Assembly (NCBI GenBank): GCA_965645245.1
Contig: OZ287075.1
Location: 1,178,001-1,242,000, forward strand
Reading direction: 5' to 3'
Source of the DNA: Massalongia carnosa
Lineage: Eukaryota
Length of the DNA stretch: 64,000 bases
The translations under genes were made by a program, and so were the position numbers. This document shows, piece by piece, positions 25,588-38,587 of this stretch (position 1 is the first letter of the stretch; each line of letters opens with the position of its first letter). Under the pieces are notes generated by a model. The model saw only the letters and a program-made list of their open reading frames with translations, was not told the DNA's origin and made no database searches.

Positions 25588-26268
25588 GTTGAGAACCTAT
25601 GTCCTCTGACTATCTTCACGATCACACCACGATTTACATTATACACTTTGTATTACCATCTTTGTCATGATACCAGTGTACCATTACTCTGTCCCTCCGT
25701 CTCCAGGCGTTCTAGCGAGCTATGATTACCTCAGCTGCTGTGCGGGACGATCGAGCCTCATTGTGGGTTTCTCGATGCGAGGGGAAACTCCAAGGCGTAT
25801 TTTGCGATTAGGCCTTTTCCCTTGTACGATGGCATTCTAGGGCGTCTAAAAGTCCAGCGCTTCTGTCAGGCGGCTCTCGATTGAGCTTTATAGCGTTAGC
25901 AAATAGCCAGTATTTTCAACAGTATTCGAGTTTCTCTAGAAGCCCTAATGTAGAGGATCATGCTCAATGAGGCAAACAGGGGCACTGTTGGAGGAGCATG
26001 AAACCTTATATGAAGCAATATTTGCGTGAACGTTGATGATCGAGGCGGCTCGGATTTCCGACCGTAACTTGACTCCAGTTCGGGTTTGGCGTCGTTTCAA
26101 AGAAGACTTACGTAACCCACACAGCCTGGCCCTTTATCTTCCTTCCGTTTGCCCCTCAACATTGTCACCTGTTCGAAGGGGAAAAACAACCACCTAAACC
26201 TCTACTTCAACTTCAACTTCCACAACTCCACCTATCCATCATTCTTGTACTGAATTTGGTTCTCAATC

Positions 26269-27487
26269 ATGTTGCTGCCCACTTTACTTCCAGCGAGTGC
26301 TCTGGTTTTATCCGCCAGCGCCTTCCTCCTACCTCTCGAGTTCGCCGACAAGGCCGATCACAACCCCCAAGGCCATCTTGATGGAGTGCAAAGCCTTAAC
26401 GGCTTCAATGTTCTACTACCTAAATCCCATACGCTTCGTCTCGACTGCTCAAAATGTCCCTTTGCACTCAATAGCCAGCGTCATGGTCATCATGAGTGGA
26501 CCTCGGACGTTGAGAGCGAACTCCAACTCACTTTCTCCATCGAGGATAAAACGCTCAGCCTTAATGGCGTGCCGTTCTATCCCGTCGCCAACCCACCTCT
26601 CCCACCAAGTTTAGTCGCGAAGCAGATCGCAAAAGAGAGTCATGGTTCAGCGCAGAAATGGGATAGATATCACGGAGATTTGACGTTGAGCTATAGCTTG
26701 GAAATCGAGAACGAGAAGTTTCCGGGGGAAAATGCAGACGTTGTTTCGATCGTTCTGACAATTCTGGGCCTTGATGGGCAAATGGTAAATGTCGATAACC
26801 TCGTAATCAAACTCATCGAGTCCAAGGACCAGGTAATCCCACCGTCCCCATCAGCCTTAAATTCTGGCCTTTCAGGCTGACTTGGGCCAGAAAATCATTC
26901 ACTCCATCTCACCTGTCCCCGCCTCTCGTAATGCTCTCGACGCTAAATGCACCACTATCATTTGCCGCGTCCTCAACAAATTGACAGCAACTATGAGGTC
27001 GGCCAAGGCAGCGGCGCAATCAGCCGCGAAGTCCGCCACCACAAAAGTCAAGGTTTGCTGCTGGAAATGTATGCAATTCTTTCGCGGCGCTGCCAAGTAC
27101 CATCACAACCACGTGCATCATAACAGTGTCGCGAGCAAGCTTCCCACCCACATCCACGTCAAGCCTGGTCAAACAAACCGTCGTCCCGCTCACATCCACC
27201 ATCATCACGGCCTGGTGCATAGTTTCGTGGTCGGTATCAAGCGGGCTGTTTCGTTTGTGCTCTTCCCGATTCTGGTTGGCATCGCCGTTGGGGTGACGGC
27301 CAGCGCGGTGGGCATGGCGGTGGGGCAGTTGATGGTGTTTCTGTGGGTGAGGTATCGTCATTGCTCCTCCTCCAGTGACGCGGGGTACGAACGAGTCGAG
27401 AGCGAGGAGAAGGAAGGCCTGCCAGCCTACGAGGAGGCCGAGGCCGTTGACTTCAAGGATGAGAAGGGGGTTAAGGGGAACGTCTAG
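26269..27487 (+). CDS. Conserved fungal single-pass membrane protein with signal peptide (unknown function)
   Basis: Signal peptide; intron ~26833-26890; His-rich segment, then TM FVLFPILVGIAVGVTASAVGMAVG and a C-terminal LPAY motif. Confidence 0.75.
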
Positions 27488-28493
27488 AACGAGAAGTGCG
27501 TGCAAGTTTGCGAGGGAAGAAGGTGCGGTTTACGACAAAGTGTATGAAATCTGTGAGCGGAGGGAGCAGGTGGCGATCAAATTCGGTCTCAAAGCTTTTA
27601 CGAACCAATCCTGGGAGGCGCGCGTTTCAGAGGGTGCATACCAACCCTTTCTTGTGTATCAAGGAGCGAGTGGTTTGATTGTCTTCCCCCTTTCTGAAGC
27701 CTGTGACTGCAATGATTTCTTGAAAACGTCTTTCACACTCTTTTTCACATCTGTCTCTATCTCTCTCAATTCTACCTTTTTTATTTTTAAGCTCCCTTTT
27801 TCTGATTGGATAGTTGGCTTTGTTTTTTAGGTGTTTTTTTTTAAATAGCTTTTTAGGTAGAAGTCAAATTCAAGCGTCTGTTTAAAATTTAACGACCATG
27901 CTGAAAGCAACGAACAAGAGGGACATCTGAAAAATATCTCTTTTACACCGACCTACTTACTTACCCTACATATGTAAATGCTTCCTCAGCGCTCGTCAAC
28001 GAGTTCATCCTTTTCCGACGGGCTAGCTACCCAGATACCTATACATCTCCACCCATACTTAACAGAAGCAAGCAAGCAAGCCAGCAGATTCCATCCATCC
28101 CCGAAGCTACCGACTGTGCCTAACCTAGTAAATAAGCAAGTGAGTGAGCGGACTGGTAGGGTACTTATTTTATATAACGAGTTCCGCTTTTTTTTTCTAG
28201 GGGGGGGGGGGGGGGGGACGGGCACAAGCATAGGGATGGATTGGGGGATGGAGTGCTAGCCAGCAGCCAATTGAAAAGGCTACGGTTTTGGTGCGAGAGT
28301 ATCTGACAGCCTGGATTCTGATCCGCCCCCCGCCCGTCCCAAAAAACCCTTGAAAAGAGGGTCCAAAACTATGGGAATGGGCTCAATATAGTTTATCCTC
28401 ACACTTTATATGTACAGCAGCCAAAAACAATAATAACATAGAATCTACTTTCTAAACCCTCTTCTCGGGGGTTTCCATCAGCCGGCGCTTCCC

Positions 28494-29831
28494 TCATCCA
28501 AGCATGTTTCTTACAATCGCCCATCCGCCCAGCGCCCCCAGCGCAATGGCAAGCAGAATGCCGTTTCCTTCCCACGTAAGGCCCAGATAAGACGTAAAGC
28601 CAACGAGAAGCTCCCTTCGTCTCGCCTGCTCCCTTCTCTCCCGCCATGCAGGATCCATGGGGAACGGCGAACGGATCCTGATTTCCGGCTCCGGGGCTTC
28701 GTCCTCGGCCGCGGGAGGAGCTGTCAGCGGGATGGAGAGAGATAGCGCCACGGGGCGATGGTCGGATGTGGAAATGAGCGGGAGCGCCGTGTAGGCGTGC
28801 ACGGTTACGGAAACTTGCGATCTTTCCGCTTTCGTCCAGGGCGGCGCTTCCAGGTACAGGATGCGATCGCACCAGCTGGGCCAGCGATGCTTCGCCCAGT
28901 CCCATTTCAGCCCATCGTCGATGTCGGCGATTGCTTGTTGCCGGTCAGAAAACTTGTAGGTTGGTGGGAAAGTGATCTCAGCCTCTTGAAGCCCGTGACA
29001 TGTTTTTTGAGCTTCCAGTTCCCGTGCCAGCTGATCCCGTTTCAACAGATGGGAGAAATGTCTGGGATCCCGAACGTCTTCGGTAGGTTGCGGAAACGTT
29101 TGAATATCTAGCGGCGAAGGTTTGAGATGTGAACTGCGGTAGTTGAGATCCCCCGCGAGGATGATGTAGGAGGTCGGCTTATATAGACAAGAATTAGCAG
29201 CAGCAAACGGGCTTGGCGTTTCAGCAAGAAGCGGAGCGCTATCGTCGTTTCCTGCTGGCGAAATGCTCTGTCCCTGTGCATTGCGAGCAGCAATTGGATC
29301 GACGGGGTTAAACACCAAACGCTGAACGATGTTCTTCCAATCCTGGTTCCTGCGTTCAAGGGCATTCTCCATGGGTGCCAAGTGCGCAGCTACTGCCGAA
29401 AGCTCCATGGCTTTGTCTCCAACCGAGTAATCAAACCTCACTCCCACAGCACCTTTGTTCCCCATCTCACGGACCCCAACTCCTACTCCTCCTGCCTCCA
29501 AAAACCTGATGTGTTCCATTTGGCCCTCCAGCACAAATGCCATGATAACCGTCATCCCGACGTTTCGAGTGACAAAGTTAACGTATCTGCCTTCGCCCAG
29601 CGAGGCAGCCGCCAAGCGGACAGCATGGCGGAACCGGTCAAAGTACGATGCGAGGAAAGACCCGCCTAGGAAGGCGTAAGCTATTGGTGCAACCTCTTGA
29701 AGGGAGAGAATGAGAATTTCTGGAGCCCTTGGCTTTGATAATGCGCCAAACAGATGGCGAGCAAAAACCTCAGGTTTCACTTGCTCCCGTCCGCAATTGA
29801 ATGTCACCGCGTAAACATCCACGGATGGCAT
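28494..29831 (-). CDS. INP54: Inositol polyphosphate 5-phosphatase with C-terminal membrane anchor (Inp54-like)
   Basis: Motifs VTFNCG, LSLQE, GNKGAVG, AAHL, GDLNYR, FPPTYKF, PSWCDRILY and SDHRPV; hydrophobic C-terminus. Confidence 0.85.
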   Translation of the reverse strand: MPSVDVYAVTFNCGREQVKPEVFARHLFGALSKPRAPEILILSLQEVAPIAYAFLGGSFLASYFDRFRHAVRLAAASLGEGRYVNFVTRNVGMTVIMAFVLEGQMEHIRFLEAGGVGVGVREMGNKGAVGVRFDYSVGDKAMELSAVAAHLAPMENALERRNQDWKNIVQRLVFNPVDPIAARNAQGQSISPAGNDDSAPLLAETPSPFAAANSCLYKPTSYIILAGDLNYRSSHLKPSPLDIQTFPQPTEDVRDPRHFSHLLKRDQLARELEAQKTCHGLQEAEITFPPTYKFSDRQQAIADIDDGLKWDWAKHRWPSWCDRILYLEAPPWTKAERSQVSVTVHAYTALPLISTSDHRPVALSLSIPLTAPPAAEDEAPEPEIRIRSPFPMDPAWRERREQARRRELLVGFTSYLGLTWEGNGILLAIALGALGGWAIVRNMLG

Positions 29832-30264
29832 GTTTTGTGTTCCTTGAACGTCAAGGTAAATTAAAGGTGAATTTGGGCCATGAATACCTTGAAGGGTAAG
29901 ACATCATTCCTTGCCAAGGCTAGCTAGGAGCCTAGAGTGAATCTTAGGAAATCATGATGGGTTGATTCAGATCTAACGTCTATTACGTTACACGAACTAT
30001 GAGTGACTGTATTGATTATGTCGCCATTGAGGAACGATCGGCAACCGTCAATCAAAGAACCCGCATTCTCTTTACTAACGCCGTGGCGTTGGGGGAACTT
30101 ATAGAGCCATATTTTGTCCAACTTCGCCATCCACTCAGCCACTCCGTCATTCAACTGCCCAAAGCACGACGTCATATCATATTGTGACGAATCATTATAA
30201 GAAAACCACTACCATGAAAACACGAGGGGTAGTCGTGATGGCAACGATATCGATTTCAAAGAAA

Positions 30265-31451
30265 CTATAGCTTCACGCCGGCTTCGGTCACTGCCTGAAC
30301 TCTGAAGTTTGTCCTTGGATGGTGAATGTGAACCTCCTTTCCTCTAACCTTACTTGCAGTGGCTATGACAACCTCTTTCAACGACAGAGCCACCAACCTC
30401 CCTCGGTCATGATGATTAGAGCCAGTATCAATTGGCCAAGACTCCACATCTTGACCTTTCTTCAACCCTATGGGATCATTTGTATCAACATGGCCCTCGT
30501 GCTCGGTAAAGTCGGCTTGCGTGATTTGCCTTATGGCCTCAGCACCACTGAGAGTAATTGGCTTGGGCACCGAAGACTTGGCCAAGGTAACTGCTTTATC
30601 GAAACGCTCAATCCAAGCGAAGACCTTTGGAAATTGCTGGCTTGATATCAGGGATGATGGTAGAGCGCCTGGAAGTTCGACAAGCCAATGGAATATCCAA
30701 ATAGCTAGACGGCATCATTCGATCATTAGCGCGGCAATGTTAGTGGAAAATGAAAGCTGAACAGGCAAACTTTTAATGTCCGCCAATGACGGTTTTTCGG
30801 TTCCCAGGATCCAACTTCTTCCATCGGCCAGCAAGCCCACGTCCAAAGACCCGAAAGCGCCTCTTATATACGCCAAGGCCTCAGGCTGCGCTTTCGAGAA
30901 CTCTGATTTGGAGAAAGCTCTACCGCTGTAGTCTTCCCGATCTCTAATGAATGTTGGGTTCTTCACCAAGGGCAAATTTAAGGGAAGTAGCTGAGACGCG
31001 CGCGCAAAAACCCCTCCGTCGATAATCCAGTCTTCAAGCAGCGTTTCTATGGCTTTCTGATCCGGCTTAGATGCGCCTAGGGCTCCAGAAGGAAATCGTT
31101 CTTCTAGCTTTTGAATAATGAGACGGGAATCGCAATAGATGTCGCGGCCGATAGACAAGACAGGTATACGGCGATACTTGACTCCCAAAGTATTGAGATC
31201 CTCTCGGGGTAGATACGGAGGTTGAACCTAAACATGGAAGTCTTAGACATCATCCAACCCCTTTTACTACACAATTCATAAACTCACGCATTCTGCAAAT
31301 TTTATTCCTCTCAGGGTGAGATACCAGAGGATCTATAAGCCCTTCGATCAGTATCATCGCTTGCAAACTTAAGGCCGAAAGGTGTAGGCACCCGTCTAGC
31401 ATATGGCGAGTACGGGTAGTGAAAAAGGATTATGTCGTTGTAAGCCGCCAT
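30265..31451 (-). CDS. Glutathione S-transferase-like protein (multi-exon)
   Basis: Motifs IILFHYPYSPYARR, YRRIPVLSIGRDIYCDSRLII and KPSLADI; C-terminal HHPRTNF; several short introns. Confidence 0.82.
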
Positions 31452-31943
31452 TGTGGTGTTTTTTCAATGATCAGTAAGATTGATCTACGTCGCCTTGTTA
31501 TCACGAATCAATGAGCCGGCACGTAGCCAGTTTAGATGTAGAGAGTAACGATGAAAGGACAAATTGAAGCTTTACGTTCGCATAAATACCGCCATTGTAA
31601 CATCTTATCTACACAAGAACCGAGGCTCTGGAGAAGTACCTAGATGCGGGAAGGCCGTGTTCCCGCTTTGCCCTAATCTCCTACCCTAACTTACCCTGCT
31701 CTAACTGTACTCCGTACCTAAAACTAGAACACCTTTGTAAAGTATGATGAGAAATACTGGCCCATCTCTGACGCCATATTAAACAGTAAACAGTTAGCGA
31801 TAGAGCTATAGGCAATAACCGCTGCAAGACCAACATAACTATGAAACTATAACTACAGAGAGGTGACGTAAAATATAGTCCGAACGCGCCATATATCTCT
31901 AGGGAAAACAACCGAGCAAATTTTAACCGTGGATGGCAAGCGA

Positions 31944-32798
31944 TCAAGAATGATTTCGAACTCTGTCAAGCGTTTCCAATTTCTCGCAAAGAATAGCAAC
32001 ATACCAGATCCAGTGGCCTCTAACATCTAAGCGATGTTGGTATCGGTTCCGCTGTAGCTCTCTTACAGAACTCCATTCGGTGACATTCTTACCATTGAGC
32101 TTCGCAATGAACTGGCCCCATGAACTCCCGTCCTCCTTCCCTAGCCAAATTTCGTTCACCGTGATCGCCACCAAGCCACCTTCCCGTACAAGGGTGAGAG
32201 CTCCAAGAAGAGCCGGCAGAGGCATGTCGCCCCAACCCGGACCGAGCGCCGCGCACGTAATCATGATGTCGAATCGGTTTCCTCCAAACTGGGCGAGCTG
32301 GCTCTCGTCTGTTAGGTCTGCGGTTAAGTATTGGTCGTAAACGCCAGGTCGGTCTCGTATGGCTGCCATACAGGCGTCGGGCAAAATGTCCGTGCCAACA
32401 AGATGTTTGACACGCCCGCCTAATCGACCTTTCGCCTCCCCAGCAACAATCCCATTGCCGGCGCCCACATGTGTAGAGGATTCCCTGAAGCAAAGCTCGG
32501 ATGGGATTCCAGGTATTCGGCCAGAAAGGAGACGATTTCCCAAGGAGACTGACATTGAAGATGTTTGTGATAGATGAACTTAGAGTGCGTTTGTTCGGAT
32601 AGATAATAGATTTAGGGGGGGCGAGCATGTCTTACTCGTAAAGTCCGGCATGGGCGAGTATTTTGGAATAGTCATGAAAAAAAGACGCTCGATATGAGCA
32701 GACTCTGTTCTCGAAGAAAAGGTAACATCCACACATTCAGCGTCCTGGTTAATAGCGTCCGGCGACCCCCTATGTGGAAATTGAAGTGTGAAGGCCAT
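31944..32798 (-). pseudogene. Class I SAM-dependent methyltransferase, disrupted
   Basis: GAGNG motif I, LVGTDI and DIMITCAALG. The reading frame changes at ~32680, at an intron-like segment ~32580-32635 and just before GAGNG. Confidence 0.65.
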
Positions 32799-33420
32799 CA
32801 TAAATTTTCTTGACGGACAAAATGAGCGATAGGTGGTAGAAATAAAGGATAGTCCGTTAGCTGCATTTATATGCATGCAAGCTAAATAAGGCCACTGGCG
32901 TACATAATTTTGGGCTGTTCACTGAAGATCTAAAAACCATCTTTGCGAGATGCTGGAAGATATTAAGTGTCGGTGCAGGCTATGGCGGAAGCAAAGATTT
33001 CGCAGAACTTTTTCATCTATTAAGATTTGCCCATGTTGTAAACTAAGAGGCGGGGAGGCGAACCCCAGGGCTGTTGATCTGCTTAAACAGGTAGAGCATA
33101 CTGTACACTGAAGGATTTATTATTATATCGAGTTCGAGGGTAAAGAAGCTTCACATCGTGCTCTGCATGGCTGTTTGCTAGAATTTAGCGTAGACTGTGT
33201 AGCTTTACTAAGAAAAAGCAAGCTGTTATGAGCAAAGAAAGCAGAGATGAGATTAAGATATCTAGAATACGATTTCATTTCGCCATAGCTCGGGGTATGC
33301 TTAAGGGGGTATGCAAACCCCGTTGGCAGGCAATTTGACAGGAAATCGCTATGTTGAAAACCCAAAAGAATTTTCTTTGATAAGTGTTCCTTTAAGCTAA
33401 CATCCTGTCATTACATAACA

Positions 33421-33495
33421 GATTCTTAGTCAAGTGGTAATTCCGACGCAAACGTAAACACACAACATGTCGGTTCGATTCCCCGTTAGGGAGTC
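33421..33495 (+). pseudogene. tRNA-like relic (Pol III A/B boxes; 3' end resembles tRNA-Asp)
   Basis: A-box-like TAGTCAAGTGG at 33427-33437; B-box GGTTCGATTCC at 33472-33482 followed by CCGTTAGGGAG. I could not fold a full cloverleaf. Confidence 0.35.
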
Positions 33496-35419
33496 GACAT
33501 TTACTAATTTACTAATGTATAGGAGAGATGTACACTGGAAGAAACAGTTCAATCCCTCCCCTTAAGGAATGACAATAAGGGAAAGAACTGTTCTTCCTAT
33601 GGAACTCTTTGGCCTTTTCAAGTAAAGATAGGTCGAGTTTTTTCATATGAAATGTTAGAAATTCGGTTAGGTAGTTAAATAATCCGTCATGTTTTGTCAA
33701 ATGACTGTTGTAGAAAATATAGAAAAGCTAGGCATCTAACTTACAGTACCAATTCCTCAACGGTTTCAGCTCTTCATGAGCTACTGTCAAATCCAGTCAT
33801 TCTTCTCGCTGACGTGATTGGCACGCTCACACAGATCTTAGCTAGAAGAAGTTTAAATTTAGGGGTAGGGGGTTATTTCATACCAGCAAGGGGCCGGTAT
33901 TTATGGTCACATAACAACTCACCTCGAGGAGTAGTATTCTGTAGGTAAGAGGAAATCAAATGTCGAACCAGAACAAATACAAACGAAGTTAAGTTCCTTC
34001 CAAAGCAACAAAAGCATATTTTGCAAACCCTTGCAACTAGATATTTTGATACAGAGTTTTAACCCCCCTTACAGCAACGATATCTGATGACTTTTAACTT
34101 CGATCGAGGATGCATCAAGTCTTGATTTGCAACAGGATGTTTTGAACTAGCGCTTTTTCCTTTATATAATGTATCTCCTCATTTCGGTGAATCCTAAGTG
34201 CATGAACTTGAGATCTTTTCCTTCATGTTCAAATACTATGCCTCTAATAAAGAGTTTCCGAGGCTATTGTCAACTTGTTAGCCGCTTTCCGATAAGCTCA
34301 CCGAGTTGCTATAGCCAGGATTAATGATGAGGATATCGATTATGTGTATGAGGCCATGGTAGTAGGCCATACGCTTTTGAGCTCTTTTACCGTGAGCCAG
34401 GAAAGCTGAGACTTATCAGCATGGAATCACTTATCCTGGCTATGGATGATGGTGGTGACGAGTCGCTTGCTGCGCCAGAAAAGTTGCTAGTTGTTTGAAT
34501 TTCACAAATTTCGATCAGATAAGCCTGTTCCCAGCGGAAGATATCTTTGGTTGTACTTGTTTTTTTGAGAATCCCGCTATACCAGGGATTACTCTAGCCG
34601 TTCTATGTTTAGACAATTCAAGCCTCATACTTGGTGATGTTTTCTCAATGTTCCCTCGGAGGCTCTAAGTCTCAAGGCTTAAGATGGCCTCTTATTCGAC
34701 GGGAAGAACAAGCGATAACGTTCGTATGAATTGCTTAACTAAAAGATTTTTTGTCAGCTAGTCGCTTGTGAAGTAAGTATTGTATGAAAAGGAATATCGT
34801 TGATAGGATATGGTTCTATCTATAAGATCTTTGGTTTTTTCTCAAAACTCTGAAGTCTTCTCTACTCTGTGCAATAAAGACGATGAGAACCATTTCGACG
34901 TCGAATTGATGCTACCCCTAGAACGAGCTCACGACAGGATGCTTTCACCCTAGGAGTTTATTAACACGACAGGCTTTCTACAAGATTTCATCTATCAACC
35001 CGGACGAGGAGCTAAATCTATCGACGAACCAACATCCTGCTAGGTGGCTGAATCATGGGAGAGTTAGGCGGCCATATGGCAAATAAAAGACCCTAAATAC
35101 AGGTTATACGTATATCGAAAGAAGTTATGGGTAAACACACCAGATATGAAGGAAGGAATTAAACAGCAGTTTCCTGGAAGGATACTGAGTCAGCTGACAG
35201 GAATGGCAAATCCACGGAGGAAATTTGCCCACCGATTTGATGGGCGATGGAGAAGAATAATCAATAGAGGATGTAGCTCATCGGCATCTTGAGAGAATAA
35301 GAAGCGATCCTTTTCGGGGGGCTTGCGCATGCTCGATGCCTCGTGAGATGAGGTTAATTGCGGACCTCGGGTGGATTTGGAGTAATCGAGGGATTTTTAA
35401 GATACATTAAAGGCGCCGC

Positions 35420-36324
35420 AATCAAGGTATCGTCTACGGGCCGCAGGGCAGGCGAAACTGATTTCCAAAGCCTGCAACACAATAGCGAACAAGCTACGGG
35501 GTAAGGCAGGACGCAAAAGAACGCAACACCTCACCCCAGGAGAGTTGAAATACGAATGGGCCAGCAAAATGTTGAATAACGAGGCACCAGTCACAATGCC
35601 CCCATCGCCCCCGCCCTGCTCCACACCCGACCCGGCGCACCTCGAAAAATGCACCACGACACGCCATACCATAGAGAAACACACAAAGGCCACCACAGAA
35701 CGCATCAAGGAACGCTGGGACTCAAAATGGAAGACGTACCAGAACCGCATTCCCCGCCCGACAGAGGCACAGTTGGGATCTCTCAGTAGGACGAGACTGA
35801 AGATTCACAACAACCTGATGAAAGCGGAAAGCGCGCTAACTACGCAAATCCGCACCGAAAAAATAGGCTTGGCAAACTTCCTGTTCAATCGTCGGGTACC
35901 GGGCGTTATGACCCCGGCCTGCTCGTGCGGATGGCAGAAGCAGACAGCCAAACACATTATTCTACATTGCAGACTAATCGACGGCAGATACGAAGTGCTA
36001 AAACAAATTAGGCATCAACGACTATCGAACGATCATGAGCTCGTCGAAAATTTTGAAAAAACTAACCACATGGATAATAAAAGTAAATTTGCTGACCCAA
36101 TTTTCACTAGCATCGCAACTGTTATACGAGTGATAACTCTCATTTTGTCAAGGATTTCACAGAACATCGAGCGAAGAATGCAGTCCAGAAACGGAACACG
36201 TTTGGGATAATGGCGCAGTCTGCATGGTTTTTATCCCTTTAAAAGGTTTTCCCTGTAAGAATAAGTAGATAGCCCGGCCTTCGGCCGGTGTCAGATCGGT
36301 ACAAGAATCAATCATCATCATCAT
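35420..36324 (+). mobile_element. 5'-truncated non-LTR retrotransposon (Tad1-like LINE 3' end)
   Basis: ORF2 C-terminus QIRTEKIGLANFL...CSCG...TAKHIILHC (CCHC); (ATC)n tail at ~36308-36327; 15-bp TSD CATTAAAGGCGCCGC at 35405-35419 and 36325-36339. Confidence 0.92.
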
Positions 36325-38503
36325 CATTAAAGGCGCCGCGGCTTTCTTCTTGGAGCTCTTTTCCAAAAATGTCCTTTAATAGCAACAAATCCTTATTCAC
36401 AGTTCTTGGTGTTTGCTTTTCTTCACAGCTTCTTATTATTACTCTGCCCTCGAACCACAAGGAAATGTATCCGTCAACTACTTTTCTTCACCTTGCGGTC
36501 CTCTCCCCCCTCACACCCCCCTGTATCACTCCCTTTGTCGAAATCTCCACGATTAGCTCACCATTCACCCTTACTGCTCTATTTAACTCTCCATTCGCCT
36601 CATGGCCTGTACATCTCAACCCTGTCTCCGTCACGGAAGATCATTCCCCATTCATCAGCAAAGCAAGCGTTTCCGCGTAGCCGGTGTTCAACCTCACGGA
36701 CGGGAACCTTACCACCGTGGGATATGACGGGCTGACCATTCATGTATGGTCGGGCCCTGGCGGCATCTCTCCACCATCATTGTACGAGATCATCCTTGGC
36801 TCGCTAAATCCGAATAACTAGTTGCAGTTTTTGCCGCCTACAATTGCAATAGGCAGGGGAAGAGCTTTTTAGAGTTGAAAGCTGTTCACTAATCAGCGGG
36901 TCAAGGTTTTTAGTTTGGTTCTTTCTGAATTCCCTGTTTCATTGTCTGGTCTGGTTGCAAAAGGGTCATGCAACAGTAAACCCAGCAGAATGTGAAGTGG
37001 TTGTAAGGCGCTGAAGCTGATGTTATCTAATGGCTCGATCGCAGAATTCGTGGTGCAGAGCATTGAAGAAGGCTAAGCGATTTTTGAGAAGCCGAGTGAC
37101 TTTGATAGTGAGTCGATCTTCTCTTTTACTTCTTCAAGTGGCCTAATTAGGAGACTCGGAAGTTATTCGGATGGTGGTTAACTTACCAACTGTAGATACC
37201 ACTGAGACTCTTCCAATTCACTTGAAGATCATCCAGCAGTAGAAAATCGAACGGATTTGGTAACGCGGGAAGCAGAAGAATGACCTTGGAAGGCTGATAG
37301 GAGACAAGCTTCCAAGACGAAGGAGAAAGTAGACTAGAATTTTTCTGATGCGACGTGTGAGAAGTTCTTGTTCTTTATATTATATTCTATACCGGATTCT
37401 AGATACCTGAATTATATTACAGATAAGTACCTACCTGGAGCTTTAGTGTCGTTCTGGTTTGCTTCTTACTTTAACTATTGAAAGATAAGTTTCTAACAAA
37501 GGGAGCGACCTGGCACAGCCGGCGCACTGTAATGGCTGTGGTTCAAAGTCCCTTATCAGAGGATATCGTCGCACTTGCATATCCTGTGCAGATTTTTGTA
37601 AATCGTGTTTTAAGTTACTCCGCAATGAGGTGGCTTTTGAAGGTTGTTAAAATCCATGAATATGTTAAAGTATCAAAAGATGTTTGATGGAATTCGGAGC
37701 TCAATTGCGTCGATGAGAACGGGAAGACTGTACATATATGACGCGAGGAATTTACAGAAGACGAAAGCAGAGAATCTAAAGAAGAACGTAGATCTACGAG
37801 AAAGAGACGCCTACGAGGAAGAGACAAGAAATGTATAGATGAGTGAAAGAATGCCGAAAAACACATCAAACGAACATGCGATCAGGATAATTTAATCCGA
37901 TTTCGCCTCTGAGTCGGCCGATCATCTATCTGAAAGCCCATACGATAGTTATGACCCACCTCCTATATCTGCACGACTACTATCATCAGTTCAATAAACC
38001 ACTACTAGAAGCACGGTTTTTTTATTTTATTTTTTTACGTATTCGGAGACTTACAATGGAGGCATCCCGCCACGCCCGCGGCCCAGCCATCACCCATTAT
38101 TATCATCTGGAGGGATCCCCCTTACACGAAGAATGGTGATCGACTGCCACGTCTACAGCCTAGCCCACGTCTCATATTTTTACCGGGGGCGTCTCACACC
38201 GAAAACGGTGAGCACCCATGTTCCCACCTGAGGAGGGGTCCCCCCCACATGAAGCTGCTAAGCGCAGACCGACTGCCCTAAGCAAGCCACTCCATCACCT
38301 CATACATAGGCCCTAGGGCCACTACACACTCCCCATGAAAGCATCAGGTGATAATAGGAGACATGCGCGGTAAATTTTTCATATTTATATAGGGATCACT
38401 GAGTGAATAATCATTACAATAAAAAATTTTTGTGTCATAACCTTAGGTTGCTTACACGTATTGAATTAAAAAGGTTTAAAAAATAGAGGGTTAAATAACA
38501 AAG

Positions 38504-38587
38504 ACGAGTTTGAGGTTGCTGGAAGAGAGGCATGCAGACACGCTAATCAGCGTGGCTAACCTTGCATTAACCTACCGGAATCAAGGA
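38504..38587 (+). pseudogene. Isolated TPR-repeat fragment (kinesin-light-chain/NLR-type)
   Basis: Translates TSLRLLEERHADTLISVANLALTYRNQG*, resembling the fungal NLR TPR unit LGxEHPDTLxSMxNLAxTYxNQG. Confidence 0.55.

Noticed and set aside
28189..28217. Poly-T/poly-G tract as a G-quadruplex element
   Set aside because: Simple homopolymers are common in these 3' intergenic regions and their lengths are unreliable in assemblies.
31944..32798. Recent intronless bacterial horizontal transfer
   Set aside because: An intron-like GTAAGA...AG segment is present at ~32635-32580, and origin cannot be judged without a phylogeny.
38005..38345. Possible minus-strand SINE/LINE 3' remnant (T-rich run followed by a GC-richer block)
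   Set aside because: No convincing TSD, coding motif or second copy in the window.
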